In this document: piece by piece, positions 31,938 through 40,936 of the stretch | How the letters are laid out: each line of letters begins with the position of its first letter | Position numbering within the stretch: position 1 is the stretch's first letter | Virus record (IMG/VR): IMGVR_UViG_3300030019_000018 | Direction: 5' to 3' (one strand) | From: an uncultured virus (IMG/VR IMGVR_UViG_3300030019_000018) | Taxonomy: Duplodnaviria; Heunggongvirae; Uroviricota; Caudoviricetes; Crassvirales | Length of the DNA: 64,000 bases | Position numbers and translations under genes: made by a program | The notes under the pieces: generated by a model | What the model saw: the letters and a program-made list of their open reading frames with translations, nothing else | Databases searched by the model: none | Told to the model about the DNA's origin: nothing

Positions 31938-34900
31938 CTAATTATCTATTACCCAATTATTACTTTTAGGTTCTTTATAATTAACATTAAAGAAATCATC
32001 ATTACCTAAATAATTATTATCAACTATTTCTCTAGTATTAAAAGAATTATCTCCCATTAGTCTTAATTTATCTTCTCTAATAAGCATTAACATTGCTAAA
32101 GCATCATGTCTATCATAGTTACCATCACTACTCCAAAGTGTTAATTCTTTCAATAAGGCTCTGTTCTTAATAGTAAATAATCTTGATATAGATATTTCTT
32201 CATCTTCACCATTATTATTTTTAGTAATAATTGTAGGTTTTAACAAATAATCTCTAATAGCCCTTCTTCCATAAGCCTTTATAGGAGCAGTAGAAATAGT
32301 TCCTTTAGATTTATTTCCAATACCAACTTTTATCATTTCTTTATCCTTAAGAAATTCTAAAGTATCAGAAAGTAGATATAAACAATTGTGTTTAGAAAAA
32401 TAAGCAAACAAACCTTTTTTATTGTTTTCATAATTAGCTTCAGCATTATAAAATAATAATGCTTTTCTACAATTTTCATAAAACTCATCAGCAAATTGTG
32501 GTCTTCCAGTGTATTCAAATACTATTTCATCTGTCCATAAATCTAATATTAGTAATGAACCTAAAGAAAGTGTTTCTGATTCATCATCGTCATATGGATC
32601 GCAGCCAGAAATATATCTACCTCTTAATACATTACCATTACTATCTGTTTTAGGAAGTTCATAAATCTCTATACAGCCAGTAAGTTTATTATCTTTATGT
32701 GGAAATTCCCTAATAGGTTTTACATCATAAGAAGGTTCATATATAACCTTACCATTTTTAAAAGTTAAATTACCAATTAATACATCATCTAAACTTTTAG
32801 GATTAAAATCAATCTCATTTATTCTATCTGTTAATTCAGATACAGGATAAATAGTTGATTCTCTCTTCATTATAGCCTCTTGTATAGTAATAGGATTTTC
32901 AGCCTTATTTCTTGATAGTGATGTAGGATCAGAAGAGTTATATTTTAATTTATATCTATTGTTTAATACTTCTAGTAAAGCACTTATAACATCTGAATTA
33001 CCATCTTTATCATAATGGCCTTTTCTACTTAAATAAGCACCATAAAAAAATATAGTTTTTTGTTTTCCTTGAGAATTTTTATCATAGACATTTGGTACTG
33101 CATATACATTATAACCAATAGGATTATAAATCATTTCCATAGCTCCAGAAAAACTACTTCCTTCACTACCACCTGTAGCAATACCAAGAGCTTGACCAAA
33201 AGCTATATCCCCTTCTTGTACAGAAGGTAAATTTACATTCCAAATATCCATAAATTTACGGAAGGCACCATATTCTTCATAAATAAATATATTTGCCCTT
33301 TTACCTCTACTTTTATCTGCATCATCTCCTGCTGCAACTCCCATAGTAGTATTTTCAGTTCCTTTATTAGTATTAGAAGAACTGTCAATATATCCCATAG
33401 TCCATTGCATATCAGATAATGAACTTTTTAATCTTTGAGAAGGAAATTGTGTGTGTTCAGCACAAAAATCTATACAAGTTGCAAACTTATTTAATGTACC
33501 ATCTTTAATTAATTTTTCTTTATCTTGAGCAGTAACAATTCCAATAGTTTTATTATTAGAAAATTCATTATCTCCACATACAAATAATCTAGCTAAAATA
33601 GATGCTGTACTATACGAATTATGTGTTGTTATAAAATCTCCTATTAAGTAACAATGTGATTCATTATCTACTGTTACACACTTAGCTTTTTCTTTATGTG
33701 AATATTCTATATTTATAATTCTAGATTGTATTTTATTACTTCTTGAGTATCCTGATTTAAATTCTGTTAGTTTATTATTCTTTCTATTCAGTTTAAATAT
33801 TTTATCATTTGTAAATATAGATAATATATAAGTATCTAAACAAGGTATATAGACACCTTCTTTTTTATAACCTGCTTTTTGTTTTGTATATCTGCAATTA
33901 TATCCTAAACTTCTTGCTATAAAAGCAATATCATCAATCATTCTTTTAGAAGATAAACCTATAGTAGGTATACCAGTATCCCCCACATACCCATCAGAAT
34001 CCATTAAACCTTTTAATAATTCTAGTCTGATTTCTTTAGAATTAAATTTATATTCATCTGGTATAAATTTCCCATCTGATTTAGTAAAGAATAAACCGTA
34101 TTCTTTAAGTATAGTTGAGAATTTATCTATCTCTATACCATAACCCATCTTAGTATTCCATTTCTTTATCTTATATGGTATATAAGTCTTGTAAGTTTCC
34201 ATATCAGATTCTTCAGAAGTAAAATATACATTATTTACCCCACTACCTCTAAAACTACCATCTCCTAATAATAATCCAAATGTGTAAGGATCTACTTTAG
34301 TAGATTGTATTGAAAATTCTACACTATTATTTATGGGTATTCCATATTTAAATTCTACTCCATTAGGATTTCTATCTGATATTTTTCTAGTACCTTTATA
34401 ATTACATAATAACTCTTTAGTACTTTTAATAGTATATTTTTCTTTAAAACCATGTTGATATACTTTCCACAAGTGATCTTCTGATGCATATACAATTCTA
34501 CCATCTCTAGTAGTTATCTTATATATATCTGTAAAATCATCAAATGGAATATCTATTACTTTTGTTGTTTTACCATCATCTCCAAATAATAAATCACCAA
34601 CTTTAATACTACCCCAAGTTTTTATTCCATCTGGAGTATATACATGTTGAGAGTATGGATGAGCTTTTGAACGTCCTCTTGCTGCAATTTGTAATCCATG
34701 CTGTCCCCCTTTAAAATCATTATAAATACCACCATTTCTAGCTTGATCTATATAATGAAACCATAAATATACACCATCCCAAACTTCTGGAAAATCTACA
34801 ATACGATCTGCTATTTTGGTACCTTCTCTAACTTTAGATTGTATTATAGGCATGTAATTAAGATAAAAATACATTTGTCCTGTAATCCATTCCCCATCAG

Positions 34901-35258
34901 AAGGTCTTATCATTCCATGCCATATTCTATCTATCTCTTGTAATTGCCATTTACCAAAATCACTATTAGGATTAGGATTAGGACGTAATTTAGTTATTAC
35001 TCCATATTTTCTATAATAGTTACCAGTAGGTCTAAAGTATTCCATATCTTCTAATATATGTGGGTTACATACATCTACAATAATCTTTTCTTTATCATCT
35101 CTTTGTAAATCTTTAGCATATTTTCTAATAGGAGAAATAAACCTCTTTATATACTCTACATTATTAACAAGATCAATAAATTCATCAGATATTTCTTTAG
35201 GTAAAGAATCTAATAATTCATCTGTTATTTTAGTTTGATATTTATTCACTTGTACCAT
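31938..35258 (-). CDS. terL: Terminase large subunit (intein-containing)
   Basis: Walker A 'ARGRSK|SYS' split by the intein; Walker B 'FIYEE'; nuclease 'GCDPYD' and 'NYDRHDA'. Confidence 0.9.
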   Translation of the reverse strand: MVQVNKYQTKITDELLDSLPKEISDEFIDLVNNVEYIKRFISPIRKYAKDLQRDDKEKIIVDVCNPHILEDMEYFRPTGNYYRKYGVITKLRPNPNPNSDFGKWQLQEIDRIWHGMIRPSDGEWITGQMYFYLNYMPIIQSKVREGTKIADRIVDFPEVWDGVYLWFHYIDQARNGGIYNDFKGGQHGLQIAARGRSKAHPYSQHVYTPDGIKTWGSIKVGDLLFGDDGKTTKVIDIPFDDFTDIYKITTRDGRIVYASEDHLWKVYQHGFKEKYTIKSTKELLCNYKGTRKISDRNPNGVEFKYGIPINNSVEFSIQSTKVDPYTFGLLLGDGSFRGSGVNNVYFTSEESDMETYKTYIPYKIKKWNTKMGYGIEIDKFSTILKEYGLFFTKSDGKFIPDEYKFNSKEIRLELLKGLMDSDGYVGDTGIPTIGLSSKRMIDDIAFIARSLGYNCRYTKQKAGYKKEGVYIPCLDTYILSIFTNDKIFKLNRKNNKLTEFKSGYSRSNKIQSRIINIEYSHKEKAKCVTVDNESHCYLIGDFITTHNSYSTASILARLFVCGDNEFSNNKTIGIVTAQDKEKLIKDGTLNKFATCIDFCAEHTQFPSQRLKSSLSDMQWTMGYIDSSSNTNKGTENTTMGVAAGDDADKSRGKRANIFIYEEYGAFRKFMDIWNVNLPSVQEGDIAFGQALGIATGGSEGSSFSGAMEMIYNPIGYNVYAVPNVYDKNSQGKQKTIFFYGAYLSRKGHYDKDGNSDVISALLEVLNNRYKLKYNSSDPTSLSRNKAENPITIQEAIMKRESTIYPVSELTDRINEIDFNPKSLDDVLIGNLTFKNGKVIYEPSYDVKPIREFPHKDNKLTGCIEIYELPKTDSNGNVLRGRYISGCDPYDDDESETLSLGSLLILDLWTDEIVFEYTGRPQFADEFYENCRKALLFYNAEANYENNKKGLFAYFSKHNCLYLLSDTLEFLKDKEMIKVGIGNKSKGTISTAPIKAYGRRAIRDYLLKPTIITKNNNGEDEEISISRLFTIKNRALLKELTLWSSDGNYDRHDALAMLMLIREDKLRLMGDNSFNTREIVDNNYLGNDDFFNVNYKEPKSNNWVIDN
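33618..34664 (-). mobile_element. Class 3 intein with LAGLIDADG homing endonuclease (349 aa) in the TerL P-loop
   Basis: Begins with Ala (AHPYSQ), ends THN before Ser+1; 'DHLW' (block B Trp) and 'AKCVTV' (block F Cys); LAGLIDADG helices 'FGLLLGDG' and 'LKGLMDSDG'. Confidence 0.9.
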
Positions 35259-35571
35259 TATTATCTAATATTCTTTTTAATTCACCATTTTCTATAATCT
35301 TAAATATATTACTTAATAGAGAAGAGTATAATTCATTTTTAGTTTTTAAATCTTGTATGTCTGATTTGACTTTGTATGTATGTTCTACACTTAATAAATC
35401 TATTTTACTTCTATTAGAAATCATCCACAAAGTTAAACTTATAGTCTTTATAGAAGATGTAAATGAACTATATATATCTTTATTTTTAGTGATTATAAAA
35501 GTAACATTATTCTTTTTAAAAGTAATAGCATAATAATTACATAAAGCAAGTTCTATAATAGACTTTTCCAT
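35242..35571 (-). CDS. Hypothetical protein
   Basis: 109-aa ORF in the operon, overlapping the terL start. Confidence 0.5.
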   Translation of the reverse strand: MEKSIIELALCNYYAITFKKNNVTFIITKNKDIYSSFTSSIKTISLTLWMISNRSKIDLLSVEHTYKVKSDIQDLKTKNELYSSLLSNIFKIIENGELKRILDNNGTSE

Positions 35572-35573
35572 AT

Positions 35574-36134
35574 TTATTTATTTAACATTAAACCATCTTC
35601 AAAAAGTTTCTTTTGTTTTTGTCCTCTCATTTTACCATTTTCTTCTAATTCTTTATTAAGTGCTTCTTCTGCTTTTCTTAATTTTTCAGATAAATCAGGT
35701 ATTTGATTTATTGCTGATATTACAGTATTAATGGTATATTTAGGTTTACCTTTCTCATCTTCTATAGATAAATCTAAATCTCTTAAAAACTTTCTCACAC
35801 CTGCAATAGCAAATCTAGTATCTTCTAATAACAATGAAGAAGTAGTTTGAGTTAAAGATTTATATACTTCTATAGCTTCTAAAACTGACTTATCTGGATG
35901 CCATTTAGAATCTAATCCTTCTTGTTCTTTAATAATATCTATTCTTTCTTGTTCATCTACTATATACATATAATCACTTCTAGGATCATAAGCAAAATAA
36001 ATAAATCCTAATTCTTGCTTAGCTCTATCCTTATTAACAGTTCTATCTCTTTTAAATAAAACAGCAAAAGCCTTGATACACAAGGCTTCTTCTGAAATAC
36101 TTAATTCCCAATTATCGTATTTAAATAATTTCAT
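35574..36134 (-). CDS. Conserved crAss-like protein, possible terminase small subunit
   Basis: 186 aa, helical; 'FIYFAYDPRSDY'; upstream of terL. Function inferred from position only. Confidence 0.45.
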   Translation of the reverse strand: MKLFKYDNWELSISEEALCIKAFAVLFKRDRTVNKDRAKQELGFIYFAYDPRSDYMYIVDEQERIDIIKEQEGLDSKWHPDKSVLEAIEVYKSLTQTTSSLLLEDTRFAIAGVRKFLRDLDLSIEDEKGKPKYTINTVISAINQIPDLSEKLRKAEEALNKELEENGKMRGQKQKKLFEDGLMLNK

Positions 36135-36140
36135 AATATA

Positions 36141-36587
36141 TTATGCTTTAATAATCAGTGGTTTTTTAAGATCTTTTTCAGTGATTATTTTAGATTTACT
36201 TTTAACAATTTCTTTTTCTTTATGTTTTAGTACTATTAATTCAATATCTCTATCTTGAATATATAACATAGGTGCACTATTTACCTCAATTATATTAAAA
36301 TTATAGTTAACAGTTGGAGTATAAGTTTCAACCATATCCTCTTTAATAGTATTTTTATACTTCTTATCTTGATATGCTGTAGGATTAATCTTTACTAAAT
36401 CACCAACTTTAACAGCAGTTACAAAGTTACCTATAGCTGTAACAGTTTGATACTCTGATAAAGTATCTATTTTTTTAGCATCTATAATAGCAGAATCTCC
36501 AAATGTAGTGTCTGTATCATATTTTTCTGCAGTAGTTATAACTCCTGAAAATAAAGGTTGTATTTCTAATAATTCTATATCTTTCAT
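36141..36587 (-). CDS. GroES-like co-chaperonin
   Basis: 'IQPLFSGV...QTVTAIGNFVTAVKVGDLV...IQDRDIELI' fits the GroES pattern. Confidence 0.65.
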   Translation of the reverse strand: MKDIELLEIQPLFSGVITTAEKYDTDTTFGDSAIIDAKKIDTLSEYQTVTAIGNFVTAVKVGDLVKINPTAYQDKKYKNTIKEDMVETYTPTVNYNFNIIEVNSAPMLYIQDRDIELIVLKHKEKEIVKSKSKIITEKDLKKPLIIKA

Positions 36588-36868
36588 TATTTTTTATTAT
36601 TCTTTTTTATTTCTTTAAATACTCTTAGACCATGGATAGTTTTCCAGCTAGGATACAATTTACCTATACTTGGTAAATTAAAACTACCCTTAATCTTATT
36701 AAATTCTTCCTCTGTAAGTGTAGGATTAAATAACTCTAATTCTTGTATTTTAGATTTAATACATCCCCATTGAGAATAGTACACTGCAGTAATAATCTCT
36801 ATAGGGATGTCTAATTCTTTTGCTGCCTCTTGTATGGTTTCTTTTTGACTATTATCAAATGTTATCAT
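36587..36868 (-). CDS. HU/IHF-like small DNA-binding protein
   Basis: 'IQEAAKELDIP...SFNLPSIGKLY'. Confidence 0.5.
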   Translation of the reverse strand: MITFDNSQKETIQEAAKELDIPIEIITAVYYSQWGCIKSKIQELELFNPTLTEEEFNKIKGSFNLPSIGKLYPSWKTIHGLRVFKEIKKNNKK

Positions 36869-37239
36869 TCTTTTAAATCAAAATAAAATATAAGTTGAAA
36901 ATCCTTAGAATTTTCACTAATATTAGGTATTAATTTTTTATTAAACTTATTATTAACAATAACCTTTTTTCTTTTTAAAACCCCCATCAAGAAATAATAA
37001 TGTGATTGCGTTAGATCTCCTTCACCTATAAATTTCTTACTATTACTAAGCATAGTAGAATCTACTAAATCATCATCCTTAATAATCTTTTCTAATTCAA
37101 ATCTTTCTGATAGTAATCTAGCAGCTAATTTGCACTCTGTAGAAGTAAGTTTATTATAAGGTTTTAAGAATTCAAACCAATACAAAAAAAGTCTTTCTTT
37201 TGTAGAAGGAATTCTTATAATATTGGAATTTTTATTCAT
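36865..37239 (-). CDS. Hypothetical protein (possible winged helix)
   Basis: 124-aa ORF translationally coupled to its neighbour. Confidence 0.45.
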   Translation of the reverse strand: MNKNSNIIRIPSTKERLFLYWFEFLKPYNKLTSTECKLAARLLSERFELEKIIKDDDLVDSTMLSNSKKFIGEGDLTQSHYYFLMGVLKRKKVIVNNKFNKKLIPNISENSKDFQLIFYFDLKE

Positions 37240-37275
37240 TATTTACTTAAATATTTTATTAAACAATCTAGTAAT

Positions 37276-37710
37276 TCAAGAAGCACTTACTATAGTATTA
37301 TCTGTGGATGCATTAGTTGTTAAAGGTTCACTAACAACTGCATCTTCTGTAGTTGTTAAACTAGAATTAACAACTGCATTAACTTGCAAATTATCTGGAA
37401 TATGAGGGTTATTAGTAGGAATACTAGTATCATCTTTTATAATAGGGTCAGAAGTAGTTTCAACTTTATCAGTAGTATCTTCTTTAGGTCCAACAATATT
37501 ATAAGTTATTTCATTCACCACACTTTTAACAAGCTCACTATCAAACTTATCACTCATCTTTACAATAAGAAAAAGATAATCTAATCTTTTAAATAAAGAA
37601 AAGTTTTCTAACTCTTTTACACGTTGAGAAAGTTTTTGATTTTGATCTGTAGCTTGGCCTGCCAATGCTTCTAATTGCTCGTAACTTAATTTTAATTCTT
37701 TTGTATCCAT
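37276..37710 (-). CDS. Hypothetical coiled-coil protein with low-complexity tail
   Basis: 'KLSYEQLE...KRLDYLF' followed by a T/S/D-rich tail. Confidence 0.55.
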   Translation of the reverse strand: MDTKELKLSYEQLEALAGQATDQNQKLSQRVKELENFSLFKRLDYLFLIVKMSDKFDSELVKSVVNEITYNIVGPKEDTTDKVETTSDPIIKDDTSIPTNNPHIPDNLQVNAVVNSSLTTTEDAVVSEPLTTNASTDNTIVSAS

Positions 37711-37728
37711 TTTATTTTACTTTAATTT

Positions 37729-37920
37729 TTAATTTTCTAAAAATGATTTATTAAATTTATTTTTATATTTTTCTTCCCAATCTTCAATCTGAGTTTCTTG
37801 AATTGAAGTAGAACCACATTTTTCACAGTAGTCTAAATCTCCTATATTTCTTATATATAAAGATAAACATCTTGTACAATAATAAACAGGTTCTTTATTA
37901 TAATCTACATCTTCTTCCAT
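37729..37920 (-). CDS. Small Zn-ribbon protein
   Basis: CTRC...CEKC. Confidence 0.65.
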   Translation of the reverse strand: MEEDVDYNKEPVYYCTRCLSLYIRNIGDLDYCEKCGSTSIQETQIEDWEEKYKNKFNKSFLEN

Positions 37921-37921
37921 A

Positions 37922-38137
37922 TTACATTACTTTTTTTAACTCTTTAATATTAAAATATATTAACCTTTTCTTATTCTCTAAAGGTTTATTTTTTCTATTA
38001 TTAAAAGGTCTTTTTGGTAAAATTGTACCAAATGAATTTACATTATTATGTCTTATAGCTCTTCTAACAGATTTAAATTTCTTTACTGAAGAGTAATCAC
38101 TTATGTATAAAGGATCTATTGCTATCATGTCATTCAT
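37922..38137 (-). CDS. Small basic hypothetical protein
   Basis: 71 aa, K/R-rich, tightly packed in the operon. Confidence 0.5.
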   Translation of the reverse strand: MNDMIAIDPLYISDYSSVKKFKSVRRAIRHNNVNSFGTILPKRPFNNRKNKPLENKKRLIYFNIKELKKVM

Positions 38138-38138
38138 A

Positions 38139-38576
38139 TTAAATAGTTTTACAAAATGGTTGTGCTAAACAAATAAATCTTTTAAAAGTAGTAGCAGCAC
38201 CTTCATTAATATTAATTGCTCCTATATAATCAGGATTAGATTTATAAATTAATTCAAAGTCTTTTATAATTTTATCTATACAATTTAATACTGAACATAA
38301 ATCTTTTTCTTCTGGTAAGATTGGAGATAATGTACCTATTTGAATTACTCCTAGAAATGATTGTAAATCTTCTGCTATATCATCTTGATAAGACATAACT
38401 TCATCTAGTACCTCATCTATAAATCTATGTTGTACTAAATCTCTTTTAGTTACATTCCAATGTAATTCTTTTAATCTTGTTTTAATTCCTTCTAATTTAT
38501 TAATAACTTCCATAGCATAAGTATTGTTATTAATACTTTGTATAGACTGAATATCTGGCATATCTGAAAATAACAT
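38139..38576 (-). CDS. Ferritin/Dps-like protein
   Basis: 'KELHW...HRFIDE...DDIAE' Dps-like ligands. Confidence 0.65.
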   Translation of the reverse strand: MLFSDMPDIQSIQSINNNTYAMEVINKLEGIKTRLKELHWNVTKRDLVQHRFIDEVLDEVMSYQDDIAEDLQSFLGVIQIGTLSPILPEEKDLCSVLNCIDKIIKDFELIYKSNPDYIGAININEGAATTFKRFICLAQPFCKTI

Positions 38577-38600
38577 ATTATATATTTTTAATTATGGTTG

Positions 38601-38631
38601 CAAAGATATGTAAAATATATTTAATATCAAA
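38601..38631 (-). promoter_or_regulatory. Bacteroidota consensus promoter
   Basis: TTTG-N19-TATCTTTG, exact consensus. Confidence 0.8.
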
Positions 38632-38646
38632 ATATATTAACATTAT

Positions 38647-39036
38647 TTAACCTATGTATTTTTTTAATTGCTTGTAACTTTTGGTAAATAAAAAACCAAA
38701 CAAATAAGTATAAGCTTCATCTGAACTATCTATATTAAATTTAATTCCTAAATCATCAAGAATAAAAAATGTAGCATGTAATAATTCATGATTTAAAATG
38801 CTTAATGTATCTATTTTATCCTTTTGTGCAGTTAATCTTATTATAGCAACTTTACCTTCACTACTAAATGTACAATCTCCAGACCTATTCTTAAATTCTC
38901 CTAATAAAGATTTAAAACTTTCAAAAGAAATAAAATACTTTTTTACTTTAATATGTAATTCTTCAGTAGTTTGATCTATACTTACTATTACATTGTAAGG
39001 ATATAAATCTGGTTTTATATTACAATACTTATTCAT
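38647..39036 (-). CDS. HExxH metallopeptidase-like protein
   Basis: 'LNHELLHA...DEAYTYL'. Confidence 0.6.
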   Translation of the reverse strand: MNKYCNIKPDLYPYNVIVSIDQTTEELHIKVKKYFISFESFKSLLGEFKNRSGDCTFSSEGKVAIIRLTAQKDKIDTLSILNHELLHATFFILDDLGIKFNIDSSDEAYTYLFGFLFTKSYKQLKKYIG

Positions 39037-39286
39037 ATATTATTACTTTTATTAAATCTCCTTTAGAAGAGTAAAGTTTATTATACTGTATATTCATCTT
39101 ATCAAGTGTACTATAAAAAGCCTCTTTAAGATTAAAAAGATCAGATTGAAACATCTGAATTATAATTGGTATGTATTCCTTTTGTATAGGAATATTAAAT
39201 AACTCACAATTCTTTACAATATAATTAATTAAATCTTCTTGCTTTATTTCATTACTATTTATATTTCTTTTTATAATATCTAACAT
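39029..39286 (-). CDS. Hypothetical protein
   Basis: 85-aa ORF overlapping the next gene. Confidence 0.45.
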   Translation of the reverse strand: MLDIIKRNINSNEIKQEDLINYIVKNCELFNIPIQKEYIPIIIQMFQSDLFNLKEAFYSTLDKMNIQYNKLYSSKGDLIKVIIYE

Positions 39287-39303
39287 AAAATTAATTTAAA
39301 AAT

Positions 39304-39331
39304 AAACCCTAACTATTTCTAATTAGGGTTT
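39304..39331 (-). terminator. Rho-independent terminator
   Basis: AAACCCTAA...TTAGGGTTT stem followed by a U-rich tract on the minus strand. Confidence 0.65.
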
Positions 39332-39336
39332 GATAA

Positions 39337-39411
39337 TTACTTACCTTTCTTACCACCCTTTGTAGGTTTAACTACTGTAGTTGGCATTCCTTTTGGAGTT
39401 GTTTTAGCCAT
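39337..39411 (-). CDS. 24-aa lysine-rich peptide MAKTTPKGMPTTVVKPTKGGKKGK
   Basis: Translated by hand; A/T-rich leader; stop immediately followed by a terminator. Confidence 0.6.
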   Translation of the reverse strand: MAKTTPKGMPTTVVKPTKGGKKGK

Positions 39412-39422
39412 TATATATAAAA

Positions 39423-39563
39423 TTAATTAATAAAAAAATCAGGTTTAATATTCAAATCTTTTTCTTTCTTAGTACCTAAGTATGAATCATTATGTACTAT
39501 ATGTATAACACTTATTTTATCTTTATCTTTAAATCCATAAATAACATAATCTTTTTCTTCCAT
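39423..39563 (-). CDS. 46-aa hypothetical protein (MEEKDYVIYGFK...)
   Basis: Translated by hand; first ORF after the promoter at 39584-39615. Confidence 0.45.
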   Translation of the reverse strand: MEEKDYVIYGFKDKDKISVIHIVHNDSYLGTKKEKDLNIKPDFFIN

Positions 39564-39583
39564 ACCTTATTATTTTAATACTA

Positions 39584-39615
39584 CAAAGATATGTAATTAA
39601 AATATAATAAACAAA
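39584..39615 (-). promoter_or_regulatory. Bacteroidota consensus promoter
   Basis: TTTG-N20-TATCTTTG. Confidence 0.8.
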
Positions 39616-39625
39616 TATTTTAACA

Positions 39626-39945
39626 TTATTTAATAAATTTATATTTACATTTAAAATTGTCTTTTATAGAAGACATATAATCTAATTCCTTTTGGCTGAT
39701 AGGAAACCATATATTACAATCTCTATTACTATATATTCTACATCTCTTATCACTTAGATTTACATGATTACAATAACAATCAAAATATTTTTCCTTAGTA
39801 GTTACAATTATATCTACAACATTCTAAACAATCAATACATACTTCTTCTCTATACTTAAGTTTTCTTTCTGTTAATAAATCAAACCAATATAAAGGATAA
39901 GGATTATATTTTTGTTTTATAATATATAATATTTTTTTTAAACAT
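39626..39945 (-). pseudogene. Frameshifted CxxCxxCC (YkgJ-like Zn/Fe-S cluster) protein gene
   Basis: ATG abuts the previous stop. Removing one base in the A8 run near 39935 and one near 39810 gives MFKKILY...CIDCLECCRY...CNHV...RCRIYSNRDCNIWFP. Confidence 0.6.
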
Positions 39946-40092
39946 TTATAATTTAGAATTAAATTTTTCTATTTCTTCTATAAAATTATCTGTTAAATCT
40001 TTAATAACTATTTTATAAGATTCTTCTTTAATACTCTTATTCTTTTTACTTTGATTTTTCAATACTCTAGTATTATACTTCTTTAATTGCAT
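39946..40092 (-). CDS. 48-aa hypothetical protein (MQLKKYNTRV...)
   Basis: Translated by hand; fills the gap after the endonuclease gene exactly. Confidence 0.4.
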   Translation of the reverse strand: MQLKKYNTRVLKNQSKKNKSIKEESYKIVIKDLTDNFIEEIEKFNSKL

Positions 40093-40095
40093 ATA

Positions 40096-40557
40096 TTAAT
40101 TATTAAATTTAAATGCTTTTTTATATCTATACTTATTATTCCAAATATTCTTTATAGTAGTGTTAGAATAAGTTTCTTCATTGGTTAATCTTAAAATATT
40201 AAAACCTCTACTTCTCAACATATTTTCTCTAACTATATCTTTTTCTAGTTGTGTTTTAGTAAAATGATATAAACCATCAATCTCTACAATCAGATTATAT
40301 TTAGGAATGTAAAAATCAACAATATAAAAAAATTTTTCTTTTTTTGTTTTATAATCTCTTATAGAAATTATTTGTTGAAATTTAAAATCAACTCCAACAG
40401 AAATTAAATAAGAAGCAAAGTATTTTTCTGAATTTGTAGTTTTATCTATTAAACTCTGTTTAAAATCTTCTGCTATTTCATTGGTAGATTTAAAAGCAAA
40501 ACCTTTAAAACTTTTTATACTTAAATCTACTTTATTATTATTTTTCTTGCTTGACAT
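40096..40557 (-). CDS. DUF559/Vsr-like PD-(D/E)XK endonuclease
   Basis: 'TNSEKYF...FKFQQ...IVDFY...IVEIDGLYH...DIVRENML...GFNILRLTNEE'. Confidence 0.8.
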   Translation of the reverse strand: MSSKKNNNKVDLSIKSFKGFAFKSTNEIAEDFKQSLIDKTTNSEKYFASYLISVGVDFKFQQIISIRDYKTKKEKFFYIVDFYIPKYNLIVEIDGLYHFTKTQLEKDIVRENMLRSRGFNILRLTNEETYSNTTIKNIWNNKYRYKKAFKFNN

Positions 40558-40624
40558 AGTATTCTCATTCTCATTATATAATTAAATATATATTAAGTTA
40601 AATATTAAATTAATTATTATCTTA

Positions 40625-40930
40625 ATTTAAGAGTAAAAGAAACCTACACCAGTAGGTTACTCAATTCCTCTGATCTAGCAGTTATATTTCATATACGGAT
40701 ATTTTCCTTAAACTTATAATAACTAATTAGCCTAAACTATTCTACTCCCTAAGTGTTTCATAAGACCCGTTTATATATTATTGGTTCTCATTCTTGTTAT
40801 CTCATGGGGACTTTACCTGTACCACTTTCACACTACTCCTGGTGTCCCAATCTTACTAATCCTTACTTAGGGCATATTGTTAATATTACTATTAACTCAA
40901 CCTCCTTAAATGGTAGATATTTAATTTTTA
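40625..40930 (-). ncRNA. Candidate structured non-coding RNA / long leader upstream of the DUF559 nuclease
   Basis: Own consensus promoter; ~39% GC core by hand count; several nested helices; GUAA tetraloop and G-U pair on the minus strand; no credible ORF. Confidence 0.5.
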
Positions 40931-40936
40931 GTGTTG

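Noticed and set aside
1386..37584. Short plus-strand ORFs in the track within the late module (e.g. 1386, 2721, 2989, 8759, 16062, 19190, 22353, 29480, 30676, 31424, 32459, 37223, 37384)
   Set aside because: Antisense shadows of long minus-strand genes.
40625..40930. Group I/II intron, RNase P or tmRNA identity for the structured region
   Set aside because: It does not interrupt a gene, and I could not find the diagnostic cores (group I P7, group II domain V, tRNA-like ends) by eye; a covariance search is needed.
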